Source: Alphaproteobacteria bacterium
GTDB lineage: Bacteria > Pseudomonadota > Alphaproteobacteria > UBA7887
NCBI GenBank assembly: GCA_965216755.1
Contig: CBDCGL010000011.1
Span: forward strand, 1-64,000
DNA: 64,000 nucleotides
Reading direction: 5' to 3'
Shown here: piece by piece, positions 53,212-63,974 of the stretch
Numbering within the stretch: position 1 is the stretch's first letter
How the letters are laid out: each line of letters starts with the position of its first letter
The notes under the pieces: model-generated
Told to the model about the DNA's origin: nothing
Databases searched by the model: none
Seen by the model: the letters and a program-made list of their open reading frames with translations, nothing else
Made by a program: the position numbers and the translations under genes

Positions 53212-53374
53212 AGGCCGAAACCCCAACCGCACCTGTGACGGCTATTATCCCATCATAACCGAATTTGATCCGGCGTCCGTCCAATTAGCAATCTGATTGA
53301 GCATAGCCGATTGTCTGCGTTGGCGGATAGTGAGACAATCCATCAGTTGTCTTTGCGCGGAAAGGAACCAGGCC

Positions 53375-53773
53375 ATGGCGACCGTTACGCCGAATATGCC
53401 ACAGCACGCCAAATTGCCGGCGCTTGCCTCGCGCTATGTCGAACCGGATGAGCTTGAGTGGTTGCCGACGCGTTTCGCGGGGATCGACGTCAAAGTGCTG
53501 ATGCACGATGAAGACCGTGGTGTGATGACGGCCCTTTTTCGTTGGGCGCCGGGTGCGACTTTGCCGGACCATGTCCACCAAGATCTGGAACAGACTTTTG
53601 TTCTTGAAGGCAGCCTAGAGGATGATGAAGGTGTCGCAGGCCCAGGTGGGTTCGTTTGGCGGCCAAAGGGTAGTCGTCACGATGCTCGATCGCGAGATGG
53701 TGCCATCACATTGTCCGTATTCCTGCAACCAAACAGGTTCATTGGCGATGAGGCCGGCGGAGGCACGGTATGA
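53375..53773 (+). CDS. ChrR-like cupin domain protein
   Basis: PGATLPDHVH..LEQTFVLEGSL, WRPKGSRH. Confidence 0.85.
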   Translation: MATVTPNMPQHAKLPALASRYVEPDELEWLPTRFAGIDVKVLMHDEDRGVMTALFRWAPGATLPDHVHQDLEQTFVLEGSLEDDEGVAGPGGFVWRPKGSRHDARSRDGAITLSVFLQPNRFIGDEAGGGTV

Positions 53774-53821
53774 CGGCCACATGTGTGCATCGCGTGGCTT
53801 TGATGGCGGAGGGCAATTGGG

Positions 53822-54661
53822 ATGAGTTATAGCGACATTATCTACGAAAAAGAGGGACCGGTCCTCACGATCACTTTGAACCGACCTGATAGCCTGAATG
53901 CCTGGACATATCAGATGGAATCGGACGTGCGTGACGCGATGATAGAAGCGTCGCGCGATGACAGCGTGCGGGTCATCCTGCTCACCGGGGCGGGCCGCGG
54001 CTTTTGTGCCGGTGCCGACATGAGCATGCTGGGTGATATCCAAGACGAGTCAGAATCGTTGCGCGGGCGGTTGCGTGGCGTGTCGACGATCGACAATGCT
54101 ATTCCTGGCGGCCTTGTTCTGCCGGACGGATTCAGTCTGCGCTACGCCTATTTTCCAACGGTGCCCAAACCGATCCTATGTGCGGTCAATGGCCCATGCG
54201 CCGGGCTCGGTCTGGTCATGGCACTCTATTGCGATATGCGATTTGCCTCAACCGACGCTATCTTTACAACCGCGTTTTCGCGCCGCGGGCTGATCGCTGA
54301 GCATGGCATTTCATGGATGTTGCCGGCTCTTGTCGGGCATGCGCATGCGTTGGACCTTCTCTTGTCAGCGCGGCGCGTTGGCGCGCAAGAAGCCAAGGAA
54401 ATGGGCTTGGTCAATCGCGTCATTTCGCCGGACACCTTTCTACAAGAGTGCCGCGCCTATGCCGCGGAGCTGGCGACGAAGGTCTCGCCGCGATCGATTC
54501 GGGTGATGAAATCGCAAGTCTATAGCGCTTTGCATCAATCTTTGGCCCACGCCATCCTTCGTGCCAATAGCGAGATGCCGGCCAGTTTTGATTCGGAAGA
54601 TTTCAAAGAGGGTGTGGCACACTTCGTCGAGAAGCGCGCACCAGATTTTCCAGGTCGTTGA
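53822..54661 (+). CDS. Enoyl-CoA hydratase/isomerase family protein
   Basis: LNRPDSLNA, FCAGAD, AVNGPCAG, DFKEGV. Confidence 0.92.
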   Translation: MSYSDIIYEKEGPVLTITLNRPDSLNAWTYQMESDVRDAMIEASRDDSVRVILLTGAGRGFCAGADMSMLGDIQDESESLRGRLRGVSTIDNAIPGGLVLPDGFSLRYAYFPTVPKPILCAVNGPCAGLGLVMALYCDMRFASTDAIFTTAFSRRGLIAEHGISWMLPALVGHAHALDLLLSARRVGAQEAKEMGLVNRVISPDTFLQECRAYAAELATKVSPRSIRVMKSQVYSALHQSLAHAILRANSEMPASFDSEDFKEGVAHFVEKRAPDFPGR

Positions 54662-54679
54662 GGCGTTGAGGGTCACGAA

Positions 54680-55114
54680 ATGACGGACGCTATCCGTGGG
54701 TTCGATCATGTGGTCGTTATGGCCGGTGATTTCGATCGGTCACTGGCATTCTATCGAGATGTGCTCGGCGGTCGCCCACGTTTCGAGGCGGTGTATCTGG
54801 ACGGACGATTGAAGTCGCTGCCAATCGTTCTCGGCGGTGCGGTCATAAATTTACAAAAAGTGGATGATCCAGCCCATATTGTCGCCAACCGGATTGAAAC
54901 TGGGACGGTCGATGTGTGTTTTCGTTGGGATGACACGATCGAGGCCGCGGTCCGTTTCCTCGCGGCGCGCGGCGTTAAGATCGTCGAAGGACCGGTTCCC
55001 CGTTGTGCCGCCAACGGCGTGTGGGGTTTGTCGGTCTATTTTCGCGACCCGGACGGAAATTTGCTGGAATTCCTATCAACTGCCGAACCTTCCGAACCAT
55101 TGTTTACTGAGTGA
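54680..55114 (+). CDS. VOC family (glyoxalase) protein
   Basis: DHVV...SLAFYRDVLG, SVYFRDPDGNLLE. Confidence 0.9.
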   Translation: MTDAIRGFDHVVVMAGDFDRSLAFYRDVLGGRPRFEAVYLDGRLKSLPIVLGGAVINLQKVDDPAHIVANRIETGTVDVCFRWDDTIEAAVRFLAARGVKIVEGPVPRCAANGVWGLSVYFRDPDGNLLEFLSTAEPSEPLFTE

Positions 55115-55135
55115 TGTTGGCCTTCGCCGCCGGCG

Positions 55136-56047
55136 TTAGAGCAGTGTAAGTATCGCTTCGGCGAAGCTGTCTGGGACCTCCTGGGGAACATTATGCCCGA
55201 CATTGGGAAGCACGCGACGTTCATACGGGCCATCAAAGTAACGTGCATGACGGGCTGATTCACTGGCGATAGCGACGCCATCATCGGCACCGTGCAACAC
55301 AATCGTTGGCACAGTAATTTTCGGCTGCTTCGCCAATTCGGCCTCAATTTCGTCGAATGCAGGGTCGCCGACCGCATAGCCAAATCGATGTCGATAGGAA
55401 TGGACAACGACATCGACAAAATCCGGATTGTCAAATGACGAGGCTGTGGCGTCAAATGTGGCCTGATCGAATGCCCAAGTTGGTGACCAGAGTCGCCACA
55501 ACAGATGACAAAGCTCACGTCGATTCTGTGCCAGGCCGCGGCGGCCACGCTCGGTATGAAAATAGTATTGGTACCAATATCGGTATTCGGCGTCAGGCCG
55601 GGCCGGTTCCACGGACGTCGAGATATTCTGAATATTGTATCCCATGCAACTGACGAGTGCGCGCACGCGGTCGGGCCATAGCGCCGAAACAATGCACGCG
55701 GCGCGGCCACCCCAATCATATCCGGCCAATAAAGCTTGATGCACATTCAGCGCATCAAGCAACTGCACCAAATCGTGTCCCAGCGCCGCTTGTTGGCCAG
55801 ATCTTGGCGTATCGCCTGCCAGAAACAGCGTTTCGCCAAAGCCGCGCAAATATGGAACGATCGTCCGCACACCTTCGGCCGATAGGCGCTCGACAACACC
55901 GTCGTAGGCGCGCGGGTCGTGGGGAAAACCGTGGAGTAGAACTACGGTCTCGCCCCGTGCAGAGCCGTTCTCTTCGAACGCGATTTCAAGATTCGTCGTT
56001 CGGATTTTTTGCACGACTGCCCTGTTCGCGATACGACTCTTTCCCAT
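55136..56047 (-). CDS. Alpha/beta hydrolase (epoxide hydrolase-like)
   Basis: LLHGFP, GYDWGG, VGHNVPQE. Confidence 0.9.
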   Translation of the reverse strand: MGKSRIANRAVVQKIRTTNLEIAFEENGSARGETVVLLHGFPHDPRAYDGVVERLSAEGVRTIVPYLRGFGETLFLAGDTPRSGQQAALGHDLVQLLDALNVHQALLAGYDWGGRAACIVSALWPDRVRALVSCMGYNIQNISTSVEPARPDAEYRYWYQYYFHTERGRRGLAQNRRELCHLLWRLWSPTWAFDQATFDATASSFDNPDFVDVVVHSYRHRFGYAVGDPAFDEIEAELAKQPKITVPTIVLHGADDGVAIASESARHARYFDGPYERRVLPNVGHNVPQEVPDSFAEAILTLL

Positions 56048-56097
56048 TTTCTCTATCGGTCTTGTGTCAATATTGTATTTTCAAAGGCAACAATCCG

Positions 56098-57021
56098 CTA
56101 TTCGGCACGCCTCCAAATATCGAGCAGTGTCCGAAGCGCGGCGACAAAGGCCAAAGGCTGATCCAGTGTCACGTGATGTTGGGCCTGCGGTATCTCAACG
56201 ATTGGCGCTTCCGGGCCCATCAGCGTGGACATGTAGTCCGCCGTATCCCGCGAAACCAGCTTGCTTTGTTGGCCAAATATCAGTGCGGCCCGACATTGTA
56301 CCGCTTGCAGATATTCATGGAACGGCTCGCCGAAACGTCGCAGGCCCATGGCCGCCGGATCAAACTTCCAGGTCCACCCTTGGTCGGTGCATTTCAACGA
56401 ATGGCGACCGATATACTCAACCAGAAAGTCGTTTTGGCATGGTTGTTCCGGCATCAATCGAAACCGCGCCAAAGCGGCGTCGAAACTTTGGTAAAAGCGT
56501 TGCCGACCAAACGGTGGGCGCTTGCGCCCGCGGGTTTCTTGGGTTGGCACGCGGATTGGCGAATCGACAATGACCGCGCCGGCAATCTCGTGGCCAAACA
56601 AGGCTCCGAATTTCATCGTCATGAAGCCGCCAAAACTGTGGCCAACGACAAACGGGCTGGCGCCGAGGTCGGCATCTTGAATGACCGCACGCATTTCCGT
56701 GGCGCGACCTTCCGCCGAGTATTCGGCGCGGCGGTTGCTATCACCCATGCCGGCCAGGTCAACCGCGGCGATGCGATAGTCACGTGTCAAGAACGGTGCG
56801 ACAAAACTCCACCAATGCGCATGGGCGCCGCCGCCGTGGACGAACAGCACGCCGCGCCGGGTCGCGGCTTGGGTATCTTCGGGCCAGAACAAGTAGTGAA
56901 TTTGGCAACCTTCAACGTCGACAAATCTTGAGAACCGCGGTCGGGCAATCGCCCAATTAAACCATTCCGGCGCCGTCGCGCGCACGGCAAGGTGGTCATG
57001 TCGCGCGGCGGGTTGGGTCAC
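56098..57021 (-). CDS. Alpha/beta hydrolase
   Basis: FVHGGGAH, GHSFGG, HHVTLDQP; GTG start overlaps the upstream stop. Confidence 0.88.
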   Translation of the reverse strand: MTQPAARHDHLAVRATAPEWFNWAIARPRFSRFVDVEGCQIHYLFWPEDTQAATRRGVLFVHGGGAHAHWWSFVAPFLTRDYRIAAVDLAGMGDSNRRAEYSAEGRATEMRAVIQDADLGASPFVVGHSFGGFMTMKFGALFGHEIAGAVIVDSPIRVPTQETRGRKRPPFGRQRFYQSFDAALARFRLMPEQPCQNDFLVEYIGRHSLKCTDQGWTWKFDPAAMGLRRFGEPFHEYLQAVQCRAALIFGQQSKLVSRDTADYMSTLMGPEAPIVEIPQAQHHVTLDQPLAFVAALRTLLDIWRRAE

Positions 57022-57728
57022 CAAACTTCGCCGAACGGCCGGATTTCCACGCGAAACGACCATGCCGACCGATCTTGATGCGCGACATGAAATATCTCGT
57101 CGGCAATGGCCGCAGGTTCGGCAAAAAACTCATCGGGTTTGTCCGGTGCCAGGATTGGCCGTGTCCGGGGCGTATTGATTGACGCGTCGACGATAATATA
57201 GGCCACGTGAATACCCTTCGGGCCAAATTCTCGCGCGATCGATTCCGCGAGAATGCGCTGCGCCGCTTTGGTCGAGGCGAAGAACCCCCAATGCGCCTTG
57301 CCGCGAGTGGCCGAAGTATTGCCGGTGACAATGATCGCTCCCTTTCCGGCATCCAACATGGCTGGAATTGTTTCGCGTGCGAGATGCAGAAGGGCTGTTG
57401 CATTGACTCGGAAGTTCCGTTCCAAATCGTCGGGATCTAGCTCGAGGATGCTGCCGCGCACCGACCGTAACGCATTGTGTACAACTACGGCCGGCGGCCC
57501 AAGGTCCGATCGGACCTGCGCGATTGTGGCTTTTAAGCGGTCAAGATCGCTCACGTCGCACGGAAACGCCTTCGCACCGTCGATGGCCTTTTCCAGCGCG
57601 GCCAAACGTGCGCTATCCCGTGCCAGCATGGCTACATTGTAGCCGCCTGCGGCAAAACGTCGCGTAATTTCGGCACCGGTACCTTTGTCCGGACCGACTC
57701 CCGTGACGAGACAGACAGGTTGTTCCAA
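57018..57728 (-). CDS. Short-chain dehydrogenase/reductase (atypical, FxxxK)
   Basis: GAGGAGG RBS and TTG start; LVTGVGPDKGTG, VHNA, FASTK. Confidence 0.85.
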   Translation of the reverse strand: MEQPVCLVTGVGPDKGTGAEITRRFAAGGYNVAMLARDSARLAALEKAIDGAKAFPCDVSDLDRLKATIAQVRSDLGPPAVVVHNALRSVRGSILELDPDDLERNFRVNATALLHLARETIPAMLDAGKGAIIVTGNTSATRGKAHWGFFASTKAAQRILAESIAREFGPKGIHVAYIIVDASINTPRTRPILAPDKPDEFFAEPAAIADEIFHVAHQDRSAWSFRVEIRPFGEVW

Positions 57729-57783
57729 CTTGACCTCCTCGAAAGGCATCTGGGGCGGCGTTGACCAATGCATCACCGGTGTC

Positions 57784-58521
57784 TCAGCGTTCGACAGGCG
57801 TGTTCCGAATACCGCCAAAAACTTGCTCCGTGGGAACGATCTCAAGGGTTGAGATGTTGACGCGCCAAGGTGCGTTGATCGCATACATGATGGCTTCTGC
57901 GATATCCTCGGCGCGCAGTTCATTGAATGAACCGTAGGTCCGTGCTGCCACGTCGGCCCCAGCGGCCTGCTCCAAGAATTCCGTGACCACCCGACCTGGA
58001 CAAATCTCGGTCATGCGGACGCCGGAACCCTCAAGTTCCAAACGCAAGTTTTGACACGCCAGATGCACGGCGCCCTTTGACGCACCATAAATCGGCGATT
58101 GGATCGGATAGAGACCGGCGACGGAGCCAATATTGACGATGTGGCCACGTTTGCGGGTGGTCATGCCGGGCGCGACCGCGCGCAAGACATGGAGGAAGGC
58201 GGTGACATTGGTCTCGATCGTGAGGTCAATATCTTCGGGTTGTGCTTCCAAAAAGCTTGCCATGCCACGACCGAGGCCGGCATTGTTTACCAAAACATCA
58301 ATCTTCCGATTGCCGAGCACTTCGTAGACCTTTTCGGTATCGCGTAGATCCATCGCCAACGGCGTCGCACCGGTCTCTGTAGCGAGGTCGTCGAGTCGAT
58401 CGACCCGTCGGGCCATTGCTGTTACGTCAAGCCCTTTCGCCGCCAATGCGCGCACAGTTGCCGCGCCGATGCCAGATGATGCGCCGGTCACCAGAGCGGT
58501 GCGATAGTTTGAGGTTGTCAC
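57784..58521 (-). CDS. NADP-dependent SDR (YdfG-like)
   Basis: TGASSGIG, NNAG, YGASK. Confidence 0.9.
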   Translation of the reverse strand: MTTSNYRTALVTGASSGIGAATVRALAAKGLDVTAMARRVDRLDDLATETGATPLAMDLRDTEKVYEVLGNRKIDVLVNNAGLGRGMASFLEAQPEDIDLTIETNVTAFLHVLRAVAPGMTTRKRGHIVNIGSVAGLYPIQSPIYGASKGAVHLACQNLRLELEGSGVRMTEICPGRVVTEFLEQAAGADVAARTYGSFNELRAEDIAEAIMYAINAPWRVNISTLEIVPTEQVFGGIRNTPVER

Positions 58522-58551
58522 ATTGTCCTCCTTCCGACTGGCATCTATCGA

Positions 58552-59652
58552 CTACAGGTCGACCATATTTGCTTTGACCACATCTTCGTTCCAATCGAGC
58601 CCCAATCCCGGGCGACTGGGAACATGCAGCTTGCTGTCCTTTACTTCATAGGGTTGCTGCAAAATCGGTTCCGCCCAATCCTGCCACTCCAACCAATGGG
58701 CTGTCTCAGTCACCCGCATCACGTGAGCGGCGACTTCCGGGTAAAGGTGGGTCGACACGGGCGTGCCGATAGCGCCGGCGATCGGCACGGACCGTAACCA
58801 ACCGGTTACACCACCAATTCGCATGAAATCGGGCATCACAAAATCGCATGCATCGATGGCCAGCGCTTTGTGCATGTCGCGCGGGCCATAGAAATTCTCG
58901 CCGATCTGAAGCGGTGTCTTCAAGTCCGCGGCAAGCTTCGCGTAGCCCGCAAAGTTATCGTAGACGATCGGTTCTTCCAGCCAGGCCAGGCCAAGGTCGT
59001 CGATGGCGTGGCAGCGTTGAAGCGCCTCAGCCATGTCGAGACCTTGATTGAAGTCGATCATCAGGTTCATATCGAGACCGACCGCGTCGCGCACGGCGGC
59101 GATCGTCGCCAAATCGTCGGTGAGTTTCTCTCGGCCAAGCCGCAATTTAAGGCCAGCAAACCCACCCTGATCTCGCAGTTCCACTGCTTCGGCCGCGACT
59201 TCCGCCGGCTCGCGGAGCCAAAGTCCGTTGCTGTTATAAGCTCGCACAGGTCCGACACTGCCGCCCAACAACACGCATAGCGGGACATCCAAAGCACGTG
59301 CCAAAGCGTCCCAAACCGCCATGTCCAGACCCGACGCGGCGATCATGGATAGGCCTTCATAGCCAACGAAGTGAAGCGACTTCTGCGCCGCCGCAAATGT
59401 GTCGTATGGCGCCAAGTGACGGCCTTTAAGCATATCGCCCAAATCCTTGAGCGCCGGCACCAGATAGCGCATCGACTTTGGAACATAAGGTTCGAGATAG
59501 GCCCGCCCGGTAACCCCTTCCTCAGTGTGGAGGTCGATCAGGATCAACGGCCAGTCCGGAATTGTTGCGATCCGGGCTACGACTGTGCGCGGTAGCTTCA
59601 GAAGTACCGGACGTGCGTCAATCGCCCGAAGGGTCAGCGGCTCTATTCTCAT
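58552..59652 (-). CDS. Mandelate racemase/muconate lactonizing enzyme family protein
   Basis: KLR, MIDFNQ, WLEEP, IGEN, MPD, STH. Confidence 0.88.
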   Translation of the reverse strand: MRIEPLTLRAIDARPVLLKLPRTVVARIATIPDWPLILIDLHTEEGVTGRAYLEPYVPKSMRYLVPALKDLGDMLKGRHLAPYDTFAAAQKSLHFVGYEGLSMIAASGLDMAVWDALARALDVPLCVLLGGSVGPVRAYNSNGLWLREPAEVAAEAVELRDQGGFAGLKLRLGREKLTDDLATIAAVRDAVGLDMNLMIDFNQGLDMAEALQRCHAIDDLGLAWLEEPIVYDNFAGYAKLAADLKTPLQIGENFYGPRDMHKALAIDACDFVMPDFMRIGGVTGWLRSVPIAGAIGTPVSTHLYPEVAAHVMRVTETAHWLEWQDWAEPILQQPYEVKDSKLHVPSRPGLGLDWNEDVVKANMVDL

Positions 59653-59913
59653 GGGTAGCCAGTCTCATGCTGCATGATTGCGAAGTGCCGTCGAATGGCA
59701 CGGCTGTGGCGATTCGTCGGCGAAGCCGACCCATGCATTCTAACAGACTGAGCGGCATTTCGGTACTCCCACGCCGGATGACAGCCATGAAGCTGCGGCA
59801 TTGCGCGGCCCTTGCGTGGGCCAAAAGGGGGGGCTCACCAGTGTTTACAGATCAGGTCTGAGTTTGTGACGCTTGTGATTGCGGTTTCTGACGCATAGCG
59901 TCCGGTCTAACGA

Positions 59914-61545
59914 ATGGCCCTGCAGGAACAAAAGGGGATCGACGGCATGCCGGACAAGTATTTCGACGCGTTGATTGTTGGCGCCGGGTTTGCTGGCCTC
60001 TATATGCTCCATCGTTTGCGCGAATTGGGCCTGTCGGTGCGGGTGGTCGAGGCCGGGGGCGGCGTCGGCGGCACCTGGTACTGGAACCGCTATCCCGGTG
60101 CCCGATGCGACGTTGAAAGCATGCAATACTCGTATCAGTTCTCCGACGATCTACAGCAGGAATGGGATTGGACCGAACGCTATGCGGCCCAGCCGGAGAT
60201 CCTGCGTTACGCGAACCACGTCGCCGACCGTTTCGATTTGCGCCGCGACATCCAGTTCGACACCCGCGTGACGAGAGCGTCGTTTGATGAATCGGCCCAT
60301 TGTTGGACGATCCAAAATGACAATGGATCCACGCTTGCGGCGCAATATTGCATCATGGCGACCGGTTGCCTTTCAGCGCCCAACACACCCAGTTTCAAAG
60401 GCGTCGATCGTTTCTTGGGGCCGACCTATCACACTGGCGACTGGCCTCACGAAGGTGTCGACTTCACCGGCATGAGGGTGGGAGTCATCGGCACCGGGTC
60501 GTCGGCCATCCAGGCGATACCTATCATCGCTGAACAGGCCGCGCATTTATATGTATTTCAGAGGACGCCGAACTACACTGTGCCCGCGCAGAACTATCGG
60601 CTCGATGATGCGTTTCAACGCAAGGTGAAAGCGGACTATGGGCATCTTCGTGAGCGCGCTAAGCAAAATGCAACTGGTATTGCCATGCGATACGGCGAGA
60701 AGTCTGCACTCGAGGCTACGCCAAAGGAAAGGCAATTCGAGTATGAGGATCGTTGGCGCCGCGGTGGCGTCCAGTTCATGGGCGCATACCGGGATTTGCT
60801 TTTTGATGACCAAGCTAATGAAACGGCAGCGGCGTTTGTTCGGGGGAAGATTCGGGAAATTGTGCACGATCCATCCGTGGCCGCGTTGCTGTCGCCACGG
60901 AACGTGATTGGCTGCAAACGCCTATGCGTCGATACCGGCTACTATGCGACTTTCAATCGAGACAATGTCACGTTGGTCGATGTCAGTAGCGCGCCGATTG
61001 AGACGATCACTGAGAACGGACTGCGCGCCCACGGCAAGGAATTCGATGTCGATACAATCGTGTTCGCCACAGGTTTTGACGCCATGACAGGTGCGCTCAA
61101 AAGGATCGACATTCGCGGGCGCGCCGGCAAGCGGCTTGCCGATAAATGGGCTGAAGGACCGCGAACCTATTTGGGGCTGGCGATGGCAGGCTTTCCGAAT
61201 CTGTTCACGATAACGGGGCCCGGCAGCCCATCAGTATTGACCAACATGCTGCCGTCCATTGAGCAACATGTCGAATGGATCTCGGATTGCATCGGCTATA
61301 TGCGGGCGCGGCACTTGAACCAAATTGAACCGACGGTTGACGCCGAAGAAAAATGGGTCACGCACGTCAATGACGTGGCTGGTGGTTCGCTCCGGTCGAC
61401 CTGTAGTTCATGGTATGTCGGTGCCAACATTCCCGGTAAGCCGCGCGTGTTCATGCCATATATTGGTGGCTTTCCGGTCTATGTCGAGAAATGTCAGGCC
61501 ATTGCAGCAAACGGCTATGAGGGTTTCATACTTAGCACGGCATGA
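59914..61545 (+). CDS. Baeyer-Villiger monooxygenase (cyclohexanone/phenylacetone monooxygenase family)
   Basis: GAGFAG, GGTWYWNRYPGARCD, FLGPTYHTGDWP fingerprint, GTGSS. Confidence 0.94.
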   Translation: MALQEQKGIDGMPDKYFDALIVGAGFAGLYMLHRLRELGLSVRVVEAGGGVGGTWYWNRYPGARCDVESMQYSYQFSDDLQQEWDWTERYAAQPEILRYANHVADRFDLRRDIQFDTRVTRASFDESAHCWTIQNDNGSTLAAQYCIMATGCLSAPNTPSFKGVDRFLGPTYHTGDWPHEGVDFTGMRVGVIGTGSSAIQAIPIIAEQAAHLYVFQRTPNYTVPAQNYRLDDAFQRKVKADYGHLRERAKQNATGIAMRYGEKSALEATPKERQFEYEDRWRRGGVQFMGAYRDLLFDDQANETAAAFVRGKIREIVHDPSVAALLSPRNVIGCKRLCVDTGYYATFNRDNVTLVDVSSAPIETITENGLRAHGKEFDVDTIVFATGFDAMTGALKRIDIRGRAGKRLADKWAEGPRTYLGLAMAGFPNLFTITGPGSPSVLTNMLPSIEQHVEWISDCIGYMRARHLNQIEPTVDAEEKWVTHVNDVAGGSLRSTCSSWYVGANIPGKPRVFMPYIGGFPVYVEKCQAIAANGYEGFILSTA

Positions 61546-61614
61546 AAGCATAGAAACTTGGCCCGATGCGGCCGGGGCATTGCGCGTGAGCTGCGATTGG
61601 AGATGGAGCAGTCA

Positions 61615-62394
61615 ATGACCGACTATGAATTTCTGACCGTATGTCGCGAGGACAAACTAACCATCATCACCATCGATCGGCCGGAGGTTTACAACGCGCT
61701 ACACTCACCTGCCCATTTTGAGTTTGATAAAATATTCAACGACTTCGCGACAGATCCGAACCAATGGGTGGCGATTGTCACGGGCGCGGGCGACAAAGCA
61801 TTTTGTGCCGGCAACGATCTAAAATATCAGGCGGCGGGCGGACCCCGAACGCGACCCGACTCGGGTTTTGCTGGGCTCACACAACGGTTCGATCTTGATA
61901 AGCCGCTCATAGCGGCGGTCAACGGGTTTGCCATGGGCGGTGGATTTGAAATCGCTCTTGCGTGCGACCTGATTATCGCCGCCGACAGCGCGGTCTTCGC
62001 GCTGCCCGAGCCGCGCGTCGGATTGGCCGCCTTGGCTGGTGGCTTGCATCGCTTGCCGCGCATGATTCCGCAAAAGCAGGCGCTGGGTATGATCTTAACC
62101 GGTCGCCGCGTGTCTGCAACCGAAGGCAAGGCGCTCGGTTTCGTCAACGAAGTCACAAGCCCGGCCGAATTGATGGCGGCCGCAAAAAGGTGGGCAAACA
62201 TGATTTTGGAATGCTCGCCAATGTCGATTCGTGCATCCAAGCAAGCAATTTACCGGGGTCTCGACAAGCCTTCACTCGAAGAGGCCATCGGCACAACTTA
62301 TCCTGCCGTGCAAGAGCTTTACGACAGCGCCGACTTTATCGAAGGCCCAAGAGCCTTTGCCGAAAAACGTCAGCCCAACTGGACCGCAGAATGA
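61615..62394 (+). CDS. Enoyl-CoA hydratase family protein (CaiD-like)
   Basis: FCAGNDLK, AVNGFAMGGGFE, LPEPRVG. Confidence 0.92.
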   Translation: MTDYEFLTVCREDKLTIITIDRPEVYNALHSPAHFEFDKIFNDFATDPNQWVAIVTGAGDKAFCAGNDLKYQAAGGPRTRPDSGFAGLTQRFDLDKPLIAAVNGFAMGGGFEIALACDLIIAADSAVFALPEPRVGLAALAGGLHRLPRMIPQKQALGMILTGRRVSATEGKALGFVNEVTSPAELMAAAKRWANMILECSPMSIRASKQAIYRGLDKPSLEEAIGTTYPAVQELYDSADFIEGPRAFAEKRQPNWTAE

Positions 62395-62599
62395 CGGTTG
62401 CCTGCCAACGCGCTTAGCATCGTTGCGGCGACACAATTGGCAGCAGGCCGGGCGCGATCAACGTCCAGACTCAATGCACGTGCGCGGTAGCGCGAGTCCT
62501 TTACAACCGCAAGGTTGCATTTGCTGGATCGCCAGTAACATCAATACGCAAGACACCAGCATGATGACTGAGAACGCAGAAAAAAAGGATTGCTCAGCA

Positions 62600-63211
62600 A
62601 TGAAATTCTACGATTTGGCCGGATCTCCCAACACGCGCCGGGTACGGATTTTCCTGGCGGAAAAGGGGTTGAACATACCGTCAGTCGATATTGACATGAT
62701 GAAGGGCGAGAACAAGACGCCTGCCTATCTCGAGAAGAATTCACTCGGTAAAATGCCGGTGTTGGAGCTAGACGACGGGACGTGTCTCGCAGAATCCGTG
62801 GCTATTTGCCGGTATTTGGAAGAGTTGCATCCGGACCCACCATTGTTTGGCCGAGATATGTTAGAGCGCGCGCAGGTTGAAATGTGGAATCGCCGGATGG
62901 AGTTTCAGGTCCTTTTTCCGACCATGCAGATTTTCACGAACAGTCATGACATGTGGCGTGGCCGTGTTCGTCAGTTGTCGGAATGGGCGGATATTAGTCG
63001 CGAAAAACTTCAACGGGCCTTTGCATGGCTGGACGACGAACTTGTGGGCAGAACATTTATTGCGACAGATGATTACACTGTCGCGGACATTACAGCCCAA
63101 TGCGCCGTTCTCATGGCAAAAGCCGCGTGCAACATCCGGATACAGGATGATCAGTCCAACCTAGCGGGCTGGTGGCAACGTGTGACGACGCGCCCGACGG
63201 CACGTGCCTAG
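62600..63211 (+). CDS. Glutathione S-transferase
   Basis: SPNTRRVRIFLAEKG, GKMPVLE, ESVAICRY, TVADI. Confidence 0.92.
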   Translation: MKFYDLAGSPNTRRVRIFLAEKGLNIPSVDIDMMKGENKTPAYLEKNSLGKMPVLELDDGTCLAESVAICRYLEELHPDPPLFGRDMLERAQVEMWNRRMEFQVLFPTMQIFTNSHDMWRGRVRQLSEWADISREKLQRAFAWLDDELVGRTFIATDDYTVADITAQCAVLMAKAACNIRIQDDQSNLAGWWQRVTTRPTARA

Positions 63212-63891
63212 TTTGACACGACTGACTCGGCGAGCGAAGCAATAGAGACCTCAATTGCCAGCTGCACCGCCTTGATCATCGTATCAATGTCCATGGACGC
63301 AAGTTCGGTGCTCCGTCGCCCGGTGTACGCGGATTTTTCGTGCGCTACCAACCTCGCCACCTGATGGGCGGCGTAGGGCATGTGGAGAAAGCCACACGGA
63401 GTTTGGTCACTTACGGCATTCAGAAACTCGAACAAGGCGGCGTTGCACAGAAACGTTCCGGCGGTATTGGTTACTTGGGCCGGTATGCCTGAATCCAACA
63501 ACGTCTTCTCGATGTCCCTCAGGGGCAGGGTCGACATCAGTGCTGTTCCAGAGTGCCGCGATATGATGTGATCTCTAAGGACATTGCCGTCATTATCGGG
63601 GATCTCGAAATCTGCGACGTTCAACGCGGTTCGCTCTATGCGCACAACAGGGGTGCCCGGCCAAAGTCCCAAGCTGACCACGAGCCGCGGCTTGCTTGTG
63701 GCGATCGCTTCCACGATCCGTGTACGCAAGGGCTGATAGGCAACCGGCAGCAGTTGTCCATCCACGGCGAAATCGGCGACACGTGTGCCCGACAAAGCAA
63801 CCACGATGTCCGCTGTCGGGTTGAAGTCACGCCCGCCATACGGCTCAAAACCTGTCAAAAGGATCGTGTTGTCTTGAGGGCCGTGTGTCAT
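63208..63891 (-). CDS. pcp: Pyroglutamyl-peptidase I
   Basis: LLTGFEPYGG..NP, IER.A.N, AGTFLCN, GFLHMP. Confidence 0.92.
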   Translation of the reverse strand: MTHGPQDNTILLTGFEPYGGRDFNPTADIVVALSGTRVADFAVDGQLLPVAYQPLRTRIVEAIATSKPRLVVSLGLWPGTPVVRIERTALNVADFEIPDNDGNVLRDHIISRHSGTALMSTLPLRDIEKTLLDSGIPAQVTNTAGTFLCNAALFEFLNAVSDQTPCGFLHMPYAAHQVARLVAHEKSAYTGRRSTELASMDIDTMIKAVQLAIEVSIASLAESVVSN

Positions 63892-63930
63892 CTCTGCGAA
63901 CCTCGATAAGCAGCGCAGCGTCACCGAAAA

Positions 63931-63974
63931 CTAGAGCATATCATGCGAACATATGTGAGCGTGATATGCTCTGG
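63931..63974. repeat. Intergenic inverted repeat (REP-like hairpin)
   Basis: agagcatatcatgc...gcgtgatatgctct. Confidence 0.6.

Noticed and set aside
50086-63891. Catabolic genes as one novel pathway
   Set aside because: Orientations are mixed, the families are generic, and no regulator or transporter ties them together, so the substrate cannot be inferred.
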